This document shows positions 24,123 through 32,592 of a stretch of 64,000 bases of DNA, piece by piece; within the stretch, counting starts at the first letter, position 1; each line of letters starts with the position of its first letter. Source of the stretch: Gammaproteobacteria bacterium. GTDB lineage: Bacteria; Pseudomonadota; Gammaproteobacteria; Burkholderiales; SG8-39. The notes beneath the pieces were generated by a model. The model searched no databases. It was not told the origin of the DNA and saw nothing but the letters and a program-made list of their open reading frames with translations. Both the position numbers and the translations under genes were made by a program. The stretch lies in contig JBGQKQ010000001.1 in NCBI GenBank assembly GCA_041499655.1, positions 255 to 64,254 of the forward strand, in the 5' to 3' direction.

Positions 24123-24912
24123 CGGGTTCCCTCAGCCCCAGCACGTCCTGCATGTCGTACAGGCCGTTCCGCTTGCCAGCCAGGAAGCGCGCCGCTCTGA
24201 GCGCTCCCGTGGCGTAGGTAGCGCGACTGCTCGATCGCACGGTGATCTCGAGACGCTCGCCCTCGCCGGCGAACAGGACCGTGTGCTCGCCGACGATATC
24301 CCCTCCGCGAATGGCGTGAAACCCGATCGCCCTGGAATCGCGCTCGCCGACCTCCCCTTTTCGCCCATGAACCGCGTCGCGCTCGAGATCCCTGCCCAGG
24401 GCACGGGCGATCACCGCACCGAACCTGAGCGCGGTCCCCGAGGGTGCATCGATCTTGTGCTTGTGGTGCGCCTCGATGATCTCGACGTCGTAGCTCTCGC
24501 CCAGCGTGCGCGCGGCCGTCTCCGCGAGCGTGAATGCCAGGTTGACCCCCGCAGACATGTTCGGCGCCTGCACGATCGCGATCCGCTTTGCCGCTGACAC
24601 GATGTGCTCGCTCTGCCGTTCGGAGAAGCCGGTCGTCCCTATGACCATGCGCATTCCCTTGACCAGGCACTGATCGAGATGCTCGAGCGCGCCCTCGGGA
24701 CGGGTGAAGTCGATCAGGCAGTCGCCGTTCACGAACTCGCGGGAGATCTTCACGCCGCAAGGCAGCCCGACGAGCTCCCCTGCGTCCTTGCCGATCAGGG
24801 GACTGCCGAGAACCTCGACCGCCGCGGCGAGCTCGAGATCACCGGATCGCAACACGGATTCGATCAGGGCGCGTCCCATGCGCCCGCCCGCACCCGCGAT
24901 GACGACCTTCAT
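24115..24912 (-). CDS. dapB: 4-hydroxy-tetrahydrodipicolinate reductase
   Basis: 265 aa, MKVVIAGAGGRMG, EAHHKHKIDAPSGTA. Confidence 0.96.
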   Translation of the reverse strand: MKVVIAGAGGRMGRALIESVLRSGDLELAAAVEVLGSPLIGKDAGELVGLPCGVKISREFVNGDCLIDFTRPEGALEHLDQCLVKGMRMVIGTTGFSERQSEHIVSAAKRIAIVQAPNMSAGVNLAFTLAETAARTLGESYDVEIIEAHHKHKIDAPSGTALRFGAVIARALGRDLERDAVHGRKGEVGERDSRAIGFHAIRGGDIVGEHTVLFAGEGERLEITVRSSSRATYATGALRAARFLAGKRNGLYDMQDVLGLREPAS

Positions 24913-25247
24913 CCCCCGGTCTTTCCCGGAGCGGCAGCCACAGTATCTCCGTCCACGCGCTTCAGCTTGCCGTCCTCGAAAAATACCGCGATGCGACGAC
25001 GCTCGACCTCCCGGCTGTTGGCGCGCTGGCGCGAGAAAACGTAGTCCCAGCGCTCTTCATGGAAAATGTCGCTCACCAAGGGGGTGCCCATGACGAACCG
25101 CACCTGATCGCGGGTCAGGCCGGGCTTGAGCTGGGCGACCATCTCCTGGGTCACGTAGTTTCCCTGCTGGATTTCGATCCGGTAGGGTGTGAGCCAGCCG
25201 CAGGCCGCAGTAAGGAGCGACAAAGTGACGACCAAGGTTCGCGGCAC
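24909..25247 (-). CDS. bamE: Outer membrane protein assembly factor BamE (SmpA/OmlA)
   Basis: 112-aa lipoprotein (LLTAACG), Q.GN......V..L.PG.T..QV...MGTP pattern, with bamE-fur divergent synteny. Confidence 0.88.
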   Translation of the reverse strand: MPRTLVVTLSLLTAACGWLTPYRIEIQQGNYVTQEMVAQLKPGLTRDQVRFVMGTPLVSDIFHEERWDYVFSRQRANSREVERRRIAVFFEDGKLKRVDGDTVAAAPGKTGG

Positions 25248-25311
25248 GATCTTTCCACGGGGGCAAAACGCTATATGATAGCGGAAACGTCCTACCTCTC
25301 CGAAGCATCCC

Positions 25312-25749
25312 GTGACGAACGTTCATGACCTGAAGACCAGCGGACTGAAGGCAACCGGTCCGCGCCTGCGTATCCTCAAGCTGTTCGAGGACAGCAAGGT
25401 CCGGCACCTGTCTGCCGAGGACGTCTATCGGATACTCATCGGCGAAGGGTTGGACATCGGGCTGGCCACGGTATACCGCGTGCTCACCCAGTTCGAACAG
25501 GCCGGCATCCTCAAGCGCCATCATTTCGAGTCGGGCAAGGCGGTTTTCGAGCTGAACGAGGGCAGCCACCACGACCACCTCGTGTGCGTCACCTGCGGAC
25601 GCGTCGAGGAGTTCTACGATGCCGAAATCGAGAAGCGCCAGACCCGGGTAGCGAAGGAGCGCGGTTTTGCGATTCGCGACCATTCGCTGCAGCTCTACGC
25701 CGACTGCGTCAAGCCCAGTTGCCCCTACAAGGGCGGCCCGCGGACCTAG
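25312..25749 (+). CDS. fur: Ferric uptake regulator
   Basis: 145 aa, GTG start, [14 protein letters not shown]...[14 protein letters not shown]...[16 protein letters not shown]. Confidence 0.95.
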   Translation: MTNVHDLKTSGLKATGPRLRILKLFEDSKVRHLSAEDVYRILIGEGLDIGLATVYRVLTQFEQAGILKRHHFESGKAVFELNEGSHHDHLVCVTCGRVEEFYDAEIEKRQTRVAKERGFAIRDHSLQLYADCVKPSCPYKGGPRT

Positions 25750-25758
25750 GCAGGGCAG

Positions 25759-25784
25759 GTCCGCGGCTCCCGCGGACTTTTTTT
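25759..25784 (+). terminator. Rho-independent terminator after fur
   Basis: GTCCGCG-gctcc-CGCGGAC followed by seven T, starting 10 nt after the fur stop. Confidence 0.75.
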
Positions 25785-25852
25785 ACCCCGGGCGGAATAT
25801 TGTGGGCCGGCGCCCAGTCTAATCCGCACCCTTGCGCGTAACACCCTTGAGG

Positions 25853-25881
25853 TTCAGAGCGCCTCGCTATCTGTCTATAAT
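25853..25881 (+). promoter_or_regulatory. Candidate sigma70 promoter for the DUF3365-HAMP / kinase pair
   Basis: TTCAGA, 17 nt, then TATAAT (perfect -10 at 25876..25881), 46 nt upstream of the ATG, which has a GGGAGAAA Shine-Dalgarno sequence. Confidence 0.35.
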
Positions 25882-25927
25882 GGGGTCCTGCCCTCGCGCC
25901 GAACCCTGAGGGAATTAGGGAGAAATC

Positions 25928-26800
25928 ATGGGCTTGAGACTGAAGTTCAATCTGGTACTTCTCTTCGTGTTCATCCTGGGGCTGGGCGTTTCCGGATACG
26001 TGTCCTACGACCTGCTCCACAAGACCGCGCGCGACGAGGTGTTGCGCAACGCAGGGGTGATGATGGAAGCGGCGCTCTCGATGCGCCAATACACCGTCAG
26101 CCAGGTACGCGACAAGCTTGCGCAGAAGGAAGGCGAGTTCCTACCGCAAAGCGTTCCCGCGTTCGCGGCGACCGAGATCATGAACCAGCTGCGCAAGAAA
26201 TATCCCGACTACGCGTACAAGGAGGCCGCGCTCAACCCCACCAACCCGCGCGACCGCGCGGTCGAGTGGGAAGCCGACATCGTCAATGCATTCCGCAACG
26301 ACACCTCCCGCGGCGAGATCTCCGGCACCCGTCTCACGCCCACGGGCATGTCGCTGTTTCTGGCGCGTCCGTTCCAGATCAAGGACCCGGCGTGTCTCGC
26401 CTGCCACACGACCGCCGAGATCGCTCCCGCGTCGATGGTGAAACTCTACGGGACCAACAACGGCTTCGGCTGGAAGCTCAATGAGGTCATCGGCGCGCAG
26501 GTCGTCTCGGTGCCGATGTCCCTGCCCATCCAGAACGCGAACCGCGCCTTCTACACGTTCATGGCCTCGCTGACCGGCGTGTTCGTGGTGCTGTTCATCA
26601 TCCTGAACTTCATGCTGTCGGTGATGATCGTGCGCCCGATTACCGTGATGTCGGATGCCGCGGACCGCATGAGCACCGGCGACCTGGAGATTCCCGAATT
26701 CGAAGAGTCCGGCCGGGACGAGGTGTCGCTGCTGGCGAAGTCGTTCAATCGCATGCGCCGCAGTCTCGAAAAGGCAATCAGCCTGATCGACCAGAAATAG
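25928..26800 (+). CDS. Haem-c sensor-like (DUF3365/Tll0287-like) membrane protein with a C-terminal HAMP domain and no output domain
   Basis: TM1 (FNLVLLFVFILGLGVSGYVSY). The periplasmic region shows P..PAFAATE, NPTNPRD...WE and a single CxxCH (ACLACH). TM2 (FMASLTGVFVVLFIILNFMLSVMIV) is followed by a HAMP-like RPITVMSDAADRMSTGDLE...LAKSFNRMRRSLEKA, and the protein ends a few residues later. Confidence 0.8.
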   Translation: MGLRLKFNLVLLFVFILGLGVSGYVSYDLLHKTARDEVLRNAGVMMEAALSMRQYTVSQVRDKLAQKEGEFLPQSVPAFAATEIMNQLRKKYPDYAYKEAALNPTNPRDRAVEWEADIVNAFRNDTSRGEISGTRLTPTGMSLFLARPFQIKDPACLACHTTAEIAPASMVKLYGTNNGFGWKLNEVIGAQVVSVPMSLPIQNANRAFYTFMASLTGVFVVLFIILNFMLSVMIVRPITVMSDAADRMSTGDLEIPEFEESGRDEVSLLAKSFNRMRRSLEKAISLIDQK

Positions 26801-26807
26801 CGTAGCG

Positions 26808-28199
26808 ATGACCGCCGAGATTGCTCTCCCCAGAGGCTATGCGCTGCTCGAATACCAAATCGAGCAGACCCTGGGGATCGGCGGTTTCGGCCTGACCTAT
26901 CTGGCGACCGACTCGAACCTCAACCTCAAGGTCGCGATCAAGGAATACCTGCCCGGCGATCTGGCGCAACGGGGCGACGACCAGTCGGTCAGGCCGAAAG
27001 CGGAAACGACTCTCGAGTCGTTCAAGTGGGGTCTGTCGCGGTTCCTGGACGAGTCGCGTACCCTAGCCTCGTTCCGCCATCCGAACATCGTTCGGGTCTT
27101 GCGCTTCTTCGAGGCAAACCGCACCGCCTACATGGTGATGGAGTTCGTCTCGGGACAGCCCCTGGGAGAGTGGATTCGCAGCCGCAGGCCGCTCGGACAA
27201 GGCGCCGTGCTCGGAATCGCCGGACCGCTGCTCGATGGGCTCGAACTCGTGCACCGCACCGGCTACCTGCACCGCGACATCAAGCCCAGCAACATCTTCA
27301 TGCGTGAAGACGGCTCGCCGGTGCTGCTGGACTTCGGCTCGGCGCGCTCGACTTCGTCCGGCGGAGAACTCACCGCGATCGTCACTCCCGGATACGCACC
27401 GATCGAGCAATATCACTCGCAGGGACAGCAGGGGCCCTGGAGCGATCTCTACGCGCTCGGGGGCGTGATGTACTGGATGATCACCGGCAAGAGGCCGGTC
27501 GAAGCCGTGGCGCGGGTGCGCCAGGACATGCTGCCTCCGGCGGCACAGGCCGCGGATCGCAACCGCTACAGTGCGGATCTGCTGGCCGCGATCGATTGGG
27601 CACTGACACCGCACGAGGAGCGCCGGCCGCAATCGGTGCCGGACCTGAGGGCCGCGCTGCCGGGGCTCGCAACCGCCGACCAGAAGACCGTGAAGATCGA
27701 GCCCTCATCCCCGGTCTCCGCTCCCCTGACCACGCTGCCGACCGGAGTGACGTTCGACAGGGAAACCCTGAAGAAGGTCGAAGCCGAGCTTGCCAAGCAC
27801 ATCGGCCCCATCGCGCCGGTCGTGATCCGGGCCGCCGCGAAGAGAACCTACACCGTCGCAGGCCTCGCGGAAATCGTCTCGGCGGATATCGCCGACGACA
27901 AAGAGCGCGCCGCGTTCGTCAAGAAATTCTCGGGCGACAAATCGGTACCCATGGGCGACCCTACCCTGGCGCGCGCCACGCAGTCCGTGCCGTCGAATAT
28001 CGACCCGCAGACGCTCGCCAGGGCCGAAGCGGCGCTCGCCAAGTACATCGGCGCGGTCGCCAGAATCGTCGTGAAGCGCGCCGCCGCCAAGGCGCGCGAC
28101 CCCGGAGAGCTCTACCTGCTGATCGCCGAGGAAATCGAGGACAAGAACGAGCGGAAGGCTTTTATTCGCAAGGCCATCTCCGCTTCCGGCAAGGAATAG
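26808..28199 (+). CDS. Soluble Ser/Thr protein kinase with a tandemly duplicated C-terminal helical module
   Basis: Kinase motifs GIGGFGLTY, VAIKEY, HRDIKPSN, DFG, TPGYAPIEQ. The C-terminal repeats are ETLKKVEAELAKHIGPIAPVVIRAAAKR...DDKERAAFVKKF and QTLARAEAALAKYIGAVARIVVKRAAAKA...DKNERKAFIRKA. Confidence 0.88.
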   Translation: MTAEIALPRGYALLEYQIEQTLGIGGFGLTYLATDSNLNLKVAIKEYLPGDLAQRGDDQSVRPKAETTLESFKWGLSRFLDESRTLASFRHPNIVRVLRFFEANRTAYMVMEFVSGQPLGEWIRSRRPLGQGAVLGIAGPLLDGLELVHRTGYLHRDIKPSNIFMREDGSPVLLDFGSARSTSSGGELTAIVTPGYAPIEQYHSQGQQGPWSDLYALGGVMYWMITGKRPVEAVARVRQDMLPPAAQAADRNRYSADLLAAIDWALTPHEERRPQSVPDLRAALPGLATADQKTVKIEPSSPVSAPLTTLPTGVTFDRETLKKVEAELAKHIGPIAPVVIRAAAKRTYTVAGLAEIVSADIADDKERAAFVKKFSGDKSVPMGDPTLARATQSVPSNIDPQTLARAEAALAKYIGAVARIVVKRAAAKARDPGELYLLIAEEIEDKNERKAFIRKAISASGKE

Positions 28200-28214
28200 C
28201 CGGCACCGCGGATA

Positions 28215-28430
28215 CTACTTCGCGTACTTGAACGACAGCAGCACGCGCGTCCGGTAAGCCGCGACCTTGCCGTTTTCGATTTTCATGTCCTGCTTCACCA
28301 CTTCGGCAACACGAAGGTCGCGCAATGTCTTGGACGCGGTTTCTACGGCCCGCTTCGCCGCGTCCTCCCACGATGTCGTGCTCGTGCCGATTACCTCGGT
28401 GATCCGGTAGACTCCGTCAGCTTTGGCCAT
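28215..28430 (-). CDS. Dodecin-family flavin-binding protein (71 aa)
   Basis: The ATG at 28430 gives MAKADGVYRITEVIGTSTTSWEDAAKRAVETASKTLRDLRVAEVV..., a typical dodecin pattern. The rest of the 190-aa track ORF is an extension. Confidence 0.85.
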   Translation of the reverse strand: MAKADGVYRITEVIGTSTTSWEDAAKRAVETASKTLRDLRVAEVVKQDMKIENGKVAAYRTRVLLSFKYAK

Positions 28431-28490
28431 CGATCGTCTCCTTCGGTAGGTGTCGCCCTGTTCACGGGGGCGTTCCCGGATAATACTCCA

Positions 28491-28931
28491 ATGGATTTGA
28501 TTCTCTGGCGACACGCGGAAGCCGAGGACGGCAGCCCCGACTCCGCGCGAAAGCTGACCAGGCACGGCCGGGACCAGGCGCGACGCGTCGCGGCCTGGCT
28601 GAAGCCGTGTCTCCCGAAGCGCTGCGAAGTTCTGGTGAGCCCCGCGACCCGCGCCCAGGAGACGGCCTCCGCGCTTGGTCTCCGGTTCGAGACCACCGCC
28701 GCGGTCGGCACGAACGCGATTGCCGCGGAGGTCATTGCGGCGGTCGGCTGGCCGACGCGCCCGAAGGCGGTATTGATCGTCGGGCACCAGCCCACGCTCG
28801 GCCGCGTCGCCGCGTCACTGGTTTCGGGCGTGGAGGCCGACTGGCATCTCGCCAAGGGCGCAGTGTGGTGGTTGCGGCACGTCGACGGCGAAACCCGGCT
28901 CTTCGCCGTCATGCATCCGAAGCTGGCCTGA
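28491..28931 (+). CDS. sixA: Phosphohistidine phosphatase SixA family
   Basis: 146 aa with ILWRHAEA (RH catalytic motif), LVSPATRAQET and VGHQP. Confidence 0.85.
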   Translation: MDLILWRHAEAEDGSPDSARKLTRHGRDQARRVAAWLKPCLPKRCEVLVSPATRAQETASALGLRFETTAAVGTNAIAAEVIAAVGWPTRPKAVLIVGHQPTLGRVAASLVSGVEADWHLAKGAVWWLRHVDGETRLFAVMHPKLA

Positions 28932-28935
28932 TCGA

Positions 28936-30258
28936 CTAGAAGCCGTAGTGAAACCGCGCCGAGACGACGCTGACCGGACCGCGGTCGGCGTTGTAGGCGG
29001 GATTGAAGATCCTCTGGAAGTCCGCGGACAGCCAGACCTCCTTTACGATGCCCGCGCTGTAGAAGGTCTCGAAGATGTTCTCCGTGTCGTAGCGCAGCTG
29101 GCCGTCACCAATGAAGAACCCGAGCCCGCCTGCGGCCAGGTAGTCGCGATGCGGGCCCGAAATGCCGTTCCTCACGAGCGCGACGCCGAACGAATCCGAC
29201 GCGCGGTTCCAGGGCGCGCCCTTGATCAGCACTCCCACCGAAAACGAGCGGTCGATCTCGGTGAACGCGAATTCCTCGGCTTCGCCGTTGTTCCAGCTCG
29301 CCCTGGCGAATACGCCTGCCGCGGATGAGACGCTCTGCTCTAGGTTGACGCCGAACCCGTACTTCGCGCGCTTCTTGCGTGAGGTCGCGAGGTCGGGCGT
29401 ACCGCCGCTCGCGCTCGCGTCGGCGATGGAATCGCGGTATCCGCCCATGTCGGCCTGATTCCGGTAGGCGAGAACTCGCAGCTTGCCCGGCTGGCCGGCA
29501 AGGGTATGCGAACGCTCCAGCTCGATCTGGTCGCCGAAGCTCGCGAAAATACGCGGGTTGAGTGCCAGGCCGTTCGTCTGCTTGGGCATCATGAACCGCC
29601 CGGCGCGCAGCGCCCAGGCGTCGTCGAAATACTCGAGGGCGAAGCCCCAGGAATAGCCGCGCGCGTCGGCCGCATAGTCGTACGCGCCGTAGGTCATCAA
29701 CGACCAGTTCAGGAATTGCGTGCGCGGGTCGTGGCTGTAGGCGTTGTCGTCGAACAGGTCCTGGACGGAGAGCTTGCCCACAGTGAGGACAAGCCGGCGC
29801 CGCTCGACGCTTCCCGCGAGCTGATTGGCGTCCGATTCGGCCGCTTCCCGCCCGCCGCCCAGACCCCAGGTCTGGCGCACGAACAGGCGGGCCGCATAAA
29901 AGGTGGGGGTGGGACCCTCGGTGCGCTGGATTTCTCCGTTGGTAAACCCGCCCAGACCCGTCAGGCGGGACAGGGGCACGCCCTGCGCGACTTCGGGATC
30001 GAAATAGACCTCGCCTCCTCGCCAGGTCCGCGCGCCCAGCGCGGCGGTCGCGGTAAACGAATAGCTCTTCTCGATGTCCGGGGAAAGGCTGTTGGTACCC
30101 GTGTACGCGGCGCCGAAGGGATACTTGCGCTGCCAGACATAGGTCGTCTGGAATTTCGCACCGTACGCTTCTTCCTGGGTTTCCTGCGCCCGGCCGGTAT
30201 CGGAGAGCGCGAGCGTGATCGCCGCGAGAACACCAAGCGAGATTGCTTCCGTTCGCAC
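28936..30258 (-). CDS. Carbohydrate-selective porin, OprB family
   Basis: 440 aa with a signal peptide, an alternating beta-strand pattern and a C-terminal aromatic residue (HYGF). The FLNWSLM / GYSWGFALEY blocks are typical of OprB porins. Confidence 0.85.
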   Translation of the reverse strand: MRTEAISLGVLAAITLALSDTGRAQETQEEAYGAKFQTTYVWQRKYPFGAAYTGTNSLSPDIEKSYSFTATAALGARTWRGGEVYFDPEVAQGVPLSRLTGLGGFTNGEIQRTEGPTPTFYAARLFVRQTWGLGGGREAAESDANQLAGSVERRRLVLTVGKLSVQDLFDDNAYSHDPRTQFLNWSLMTYGAYDYAADARGYSWGFALEYFDDAWALRAGRFMMPKQTNGLALNPRIFASFGDQIELERSHTLAGQPGKLRVLAYRNQADMGGYRDSIADASASGGTPDLATSRKKRAKYGFGVNLEQSVSSAAGVFARASWNNGEAEEFAFTEIDRSFSVGVLIKGAPWNRASDSFGVALVRNGISGPHRDYLAAGGLGFFIGDGQLRYDTENIFETFYSAGIVKEVWLSADFQRIFNPAYNADRGPVSVVSARFHYGF

Positions 30259-30300
30259 GGCGGCATGCTATCAGTTACCATCAAATGAGAGGAGGCCGTC

Positions 30301-31053
30301 ATGAACCTGAACGGCAGAACCGCAATCGTGACCGGCGCGGGACGAGGTATCGGCAAGGCGATGGCGGCGCGTCTGGCGGCAGACGGGGCGAGCGTGGCAA
30401 TCGCCGATATCGCGAGCTACGACGTCGCTGCGGCCGAGCTCGCGAAAGCGGGGGGGCGCACGCTCGGGCTCAAGGTCGACGTCTCCTCGGAATCCGACAC
30501 GGCCTCGATGGCCGAGGAAACCTTGAGGGCATTCGGCCGCATCGACATCCTCGTGAATTGCGCGGCGATGTTCGCCACGGTCAAGCTGGGGCCGTTCGAG
30601 GAGATCCCGGTGAGCGAATGGAAGCGCCTGCTCGAAATCAACGTCCTGGGCGTCGCCCTGTGCTGCAAGGCCGTTACGCCGCAGATGCGAAGGCAAAAAA
30701 GCGGGCGCATCATCAACCTGGCCTCCGGCGCACCGCTGAAGGGTGTGCCCTACTTCCTGCACTACGTCGCGAGCAAGGGCGCGGTGATCGCGATGACCCG
30801 CGGCCTGGCGCGCGAGCTGGGCCGGGACGGTATTACCGTCAACGCCATCGCTCCGGGTCTGACCGTGTCCGAAGCGACTGCCGGGAGACCCGAGCACCTT
30901 CGCAATCACGCGGAGAGCATCCGGGCCCGTGCCATTCAGCGCGAGCAGCATCCCGAGGATCTGGTGGGAACGGTGGCTTTCCTGGCGGGCGACGACGCCG
31001 CCTTCATGACCGGCCAGACTCTGGCGGTCGATGGGGGCTCGGCGATGCTCTAG
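30301..31053 (+). CDS. SDR-family oxidoreductase
   Basis: 250 aa with TGAGRGIG Rossmann and YVASKGAV (YxxxK) motifs. Confidence 0.9.
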   Translation: MNLNGRTAIVTGAGRGIGKAMAARLAADGASVAIADIASYDVAAAELAKAGGRTLGLKVDVSSESDTASMAEETLRAFGRIDILVNCAAMFATVKLGPFEEIPVSEWKRLLEINVLGVALCCKAVTPQMRRQKSGRIINLASGAPLKGVPYFLHYVASKGAVIAMTRGLARELGRDGITVNAIAPGLTVSEATAGRPEHLRNHAESIRARAIQREQHPEDLVGTVAFLAGDDAAFMTGQTLAVDGGSAML

Positions 31054-31071
31054 CTGGCGACGAGAATGAGG

Positions 31072-31845
31072 CTATGCGGCCCGGACCAGGTCGCCGACCG
31101 CCCAGATCAGGCCGACGCCGAGCGCGATCAGGACGACCTGCTGCGCGGTAGCGCCCAGCTCAGGGCGCCGGTGCAATCCCGGGATGAGATCCGCGACAGC
31201 CACGTAGATCATGCTGGCGGCAGCGAGCGCGAGCACCGTGGCGATCCAATCCTGCGCCGCCTGCAGCGTGAAGTAGGCCAGCAGCGCGCCGATCAGCATC
31301 GCGAGACTCGACAGCAGATTGAGCGCGAGCGCCGCCGTCTTGCTGTAGCCGGAGTGCAGGAGAATCACGAAGTCGCCGATTTCCTGCGGAATCTCGTGGG
31401 CGATGATCGCCGCGGCGGTCACGACGCCCAGCTCGGTGCTCTGCAGGAACGCCGCCGCGATCAGTATGCCGTCGACGAAATTGTGAAACGCGTCACCAAT
31501 GATGATCATCAGGCCGCTGCGCCCATGATCGTTCGGATTGGCGTGATGGTCGTGGGCCTCGCAGTCCTCGACGTGGCAATGCCGCCACAGCACGAGTTTT
31601 TCCAGTACGAAGAACCCGAGAATGCCGCCGAGCACGGTGGCAAAGGTCGCCTGCAGGCTCCCCGCGCTGCCGATGGCGTGAGGCAGAATCTCCAGGAACA
31701 CCGCGCCGAGCAGCGCTCCGATGGCGAAGCTCACCAGCGCGGGAACCCAGCTCGCCGGCGCCGAAAGCGCAAACAGCGCGGCGATGGCAATGCTGATAAG
31801 GCCGCCGGCCACGGCAGCCCCGGAGATCCACGCGAGAACCGGCAT
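31072..31845 (-). CDS. ZIP-family divalent metal transporter
   Basis: 257-aa polytopic protein with a His/Cys-rich loop (HCHVEDCEAHDHHANPNDH), plus DAFHNFVDG and HEIPQEIGDF motifs. Confidence 0.9.
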   Translation of the reverse strand: MPVLAWISGAAVAGGLISIAIAALFALSAPASWVPALVSFAIGALLGAVFLEILPHAIGSAGSLQATFATVLGGILGFFVLEKLVLWRHCHVEDCEAHDHHANPNDHGRSGLMIIIGDAFHNFVDGILIAAAFLQSTELGVVTAAAIIAHEIPQEIGDFVILLHSGYSKTAALALNLLSSLAMLIGALLAYFTLQAAQDWIATVLALAAASMIYVAVADLIPGLHRRPELGATAQQVVLIALGVGLIWAVGDLVRAA

Positions 31846-31848
31846 ACG

Positions 31849-32592
31849 CTAAACATCCTCCAGCCAGATGAGGCTCGCCATTCTGCCCGTTGTGCGATCT
31901 CGCCGAAAGGAAAAGAAGCGTTCGTCGCTCGCTGTACAGAACCCTCCGCCATGGACTTCGCTGACCCCCGCCGTGGCGAGCCGTGCTCTGGCCAGCGCGG
32001 TGAGATCCGCGAAATACTTTCCGTCACGGCCCGGCGCAAACGAGGCCGCGGCGCTCGGGTCCTGATCCACAAAGGCCTTGCGCACGTCCTCGCCGACCTC
32101 GTAGCGAGGGGCCGAGATACCCGGTCCGATGTAGGCGATCAGATTTTCGGGGGACGTGTCCATCGCTCGCACGGTGCTCTCGATGACACCTCCCGCAAGT
32201 CCCCGCCATCCGGCGTGTGCAATCCCCGCCGATCGCCCCGTGCGCTCACTCAGGAGCACCGGCAGGCAATCCGCGGTCGTAACAGCGCACACCCGACCCG
32301 AAAGCCGGGTCACCACTCCATCTGCTTCCGTTTCCGATGTCGCCATCGCCACGTCGATCACCGCCGTCCCGTGCACCTGCCTGACCCACGCCGGTTCCGC
32401 GGGCAGACAGGCGCGAAGGATGGCGCGGTTGCGCGCAACGCTCCCCGGATCATCGCCGACACGCGCGCTCAGGTTCAGGCTCGTGAATGCCCCCGAGCTC
32501 ACCCCTCCGGCCCGAGTGGTGACGAGCGATCGAACCCGCTCTGCTGCGGGCCAATCGGGAACGATCCAGTCGGGATGCGGGGCGCCCCTCAC
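31849..32592 (-). CDS. pgeF: Peptidoglycan editing factor PgeF / YfiH (laccase-domain protein)
   Basis: The GTG at 32592 overlaps the rluD stop (GTGA). TADCLPV, GIAHAGWRG and CT...FFSFRRD motifs are present. The 543-aa track ORF is a spurious extension through rluD. Confidence 0.88.
   Translation of the reverse strand: MRGAPHPDWIVPDWPAAERVRSLVTTRAGGVSSGAFTSLNLSARVGDDPGSVARNRAILRACLPAEPAWVRQVHGTAVIDVAMATSETEADGVVTRLSGRVCAVTTADCLPVLLSERTGRSAGIAHAGWRGLAGGVIESTVRAMDTSPENLIAYIGPGISAPRYEVGEDVRKAFVDQDPSAAASFAPGRDGKYFADLTALARARLATAGVSEVHGGGFCTASDERFFSFRRDRTTGRMASLIWLEDV

Noticed and set aside
25269-25283. CGCTAT-atg-ATAGCG inverted repeat upstream of fur, considered as a Fur box
   Set aside because: Only the ATGATA core resembles the GATAATGATAATCATTATC consensus (about 6 of 11 positions in the best register). 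This is too weak to call without a genome-specific matrix.
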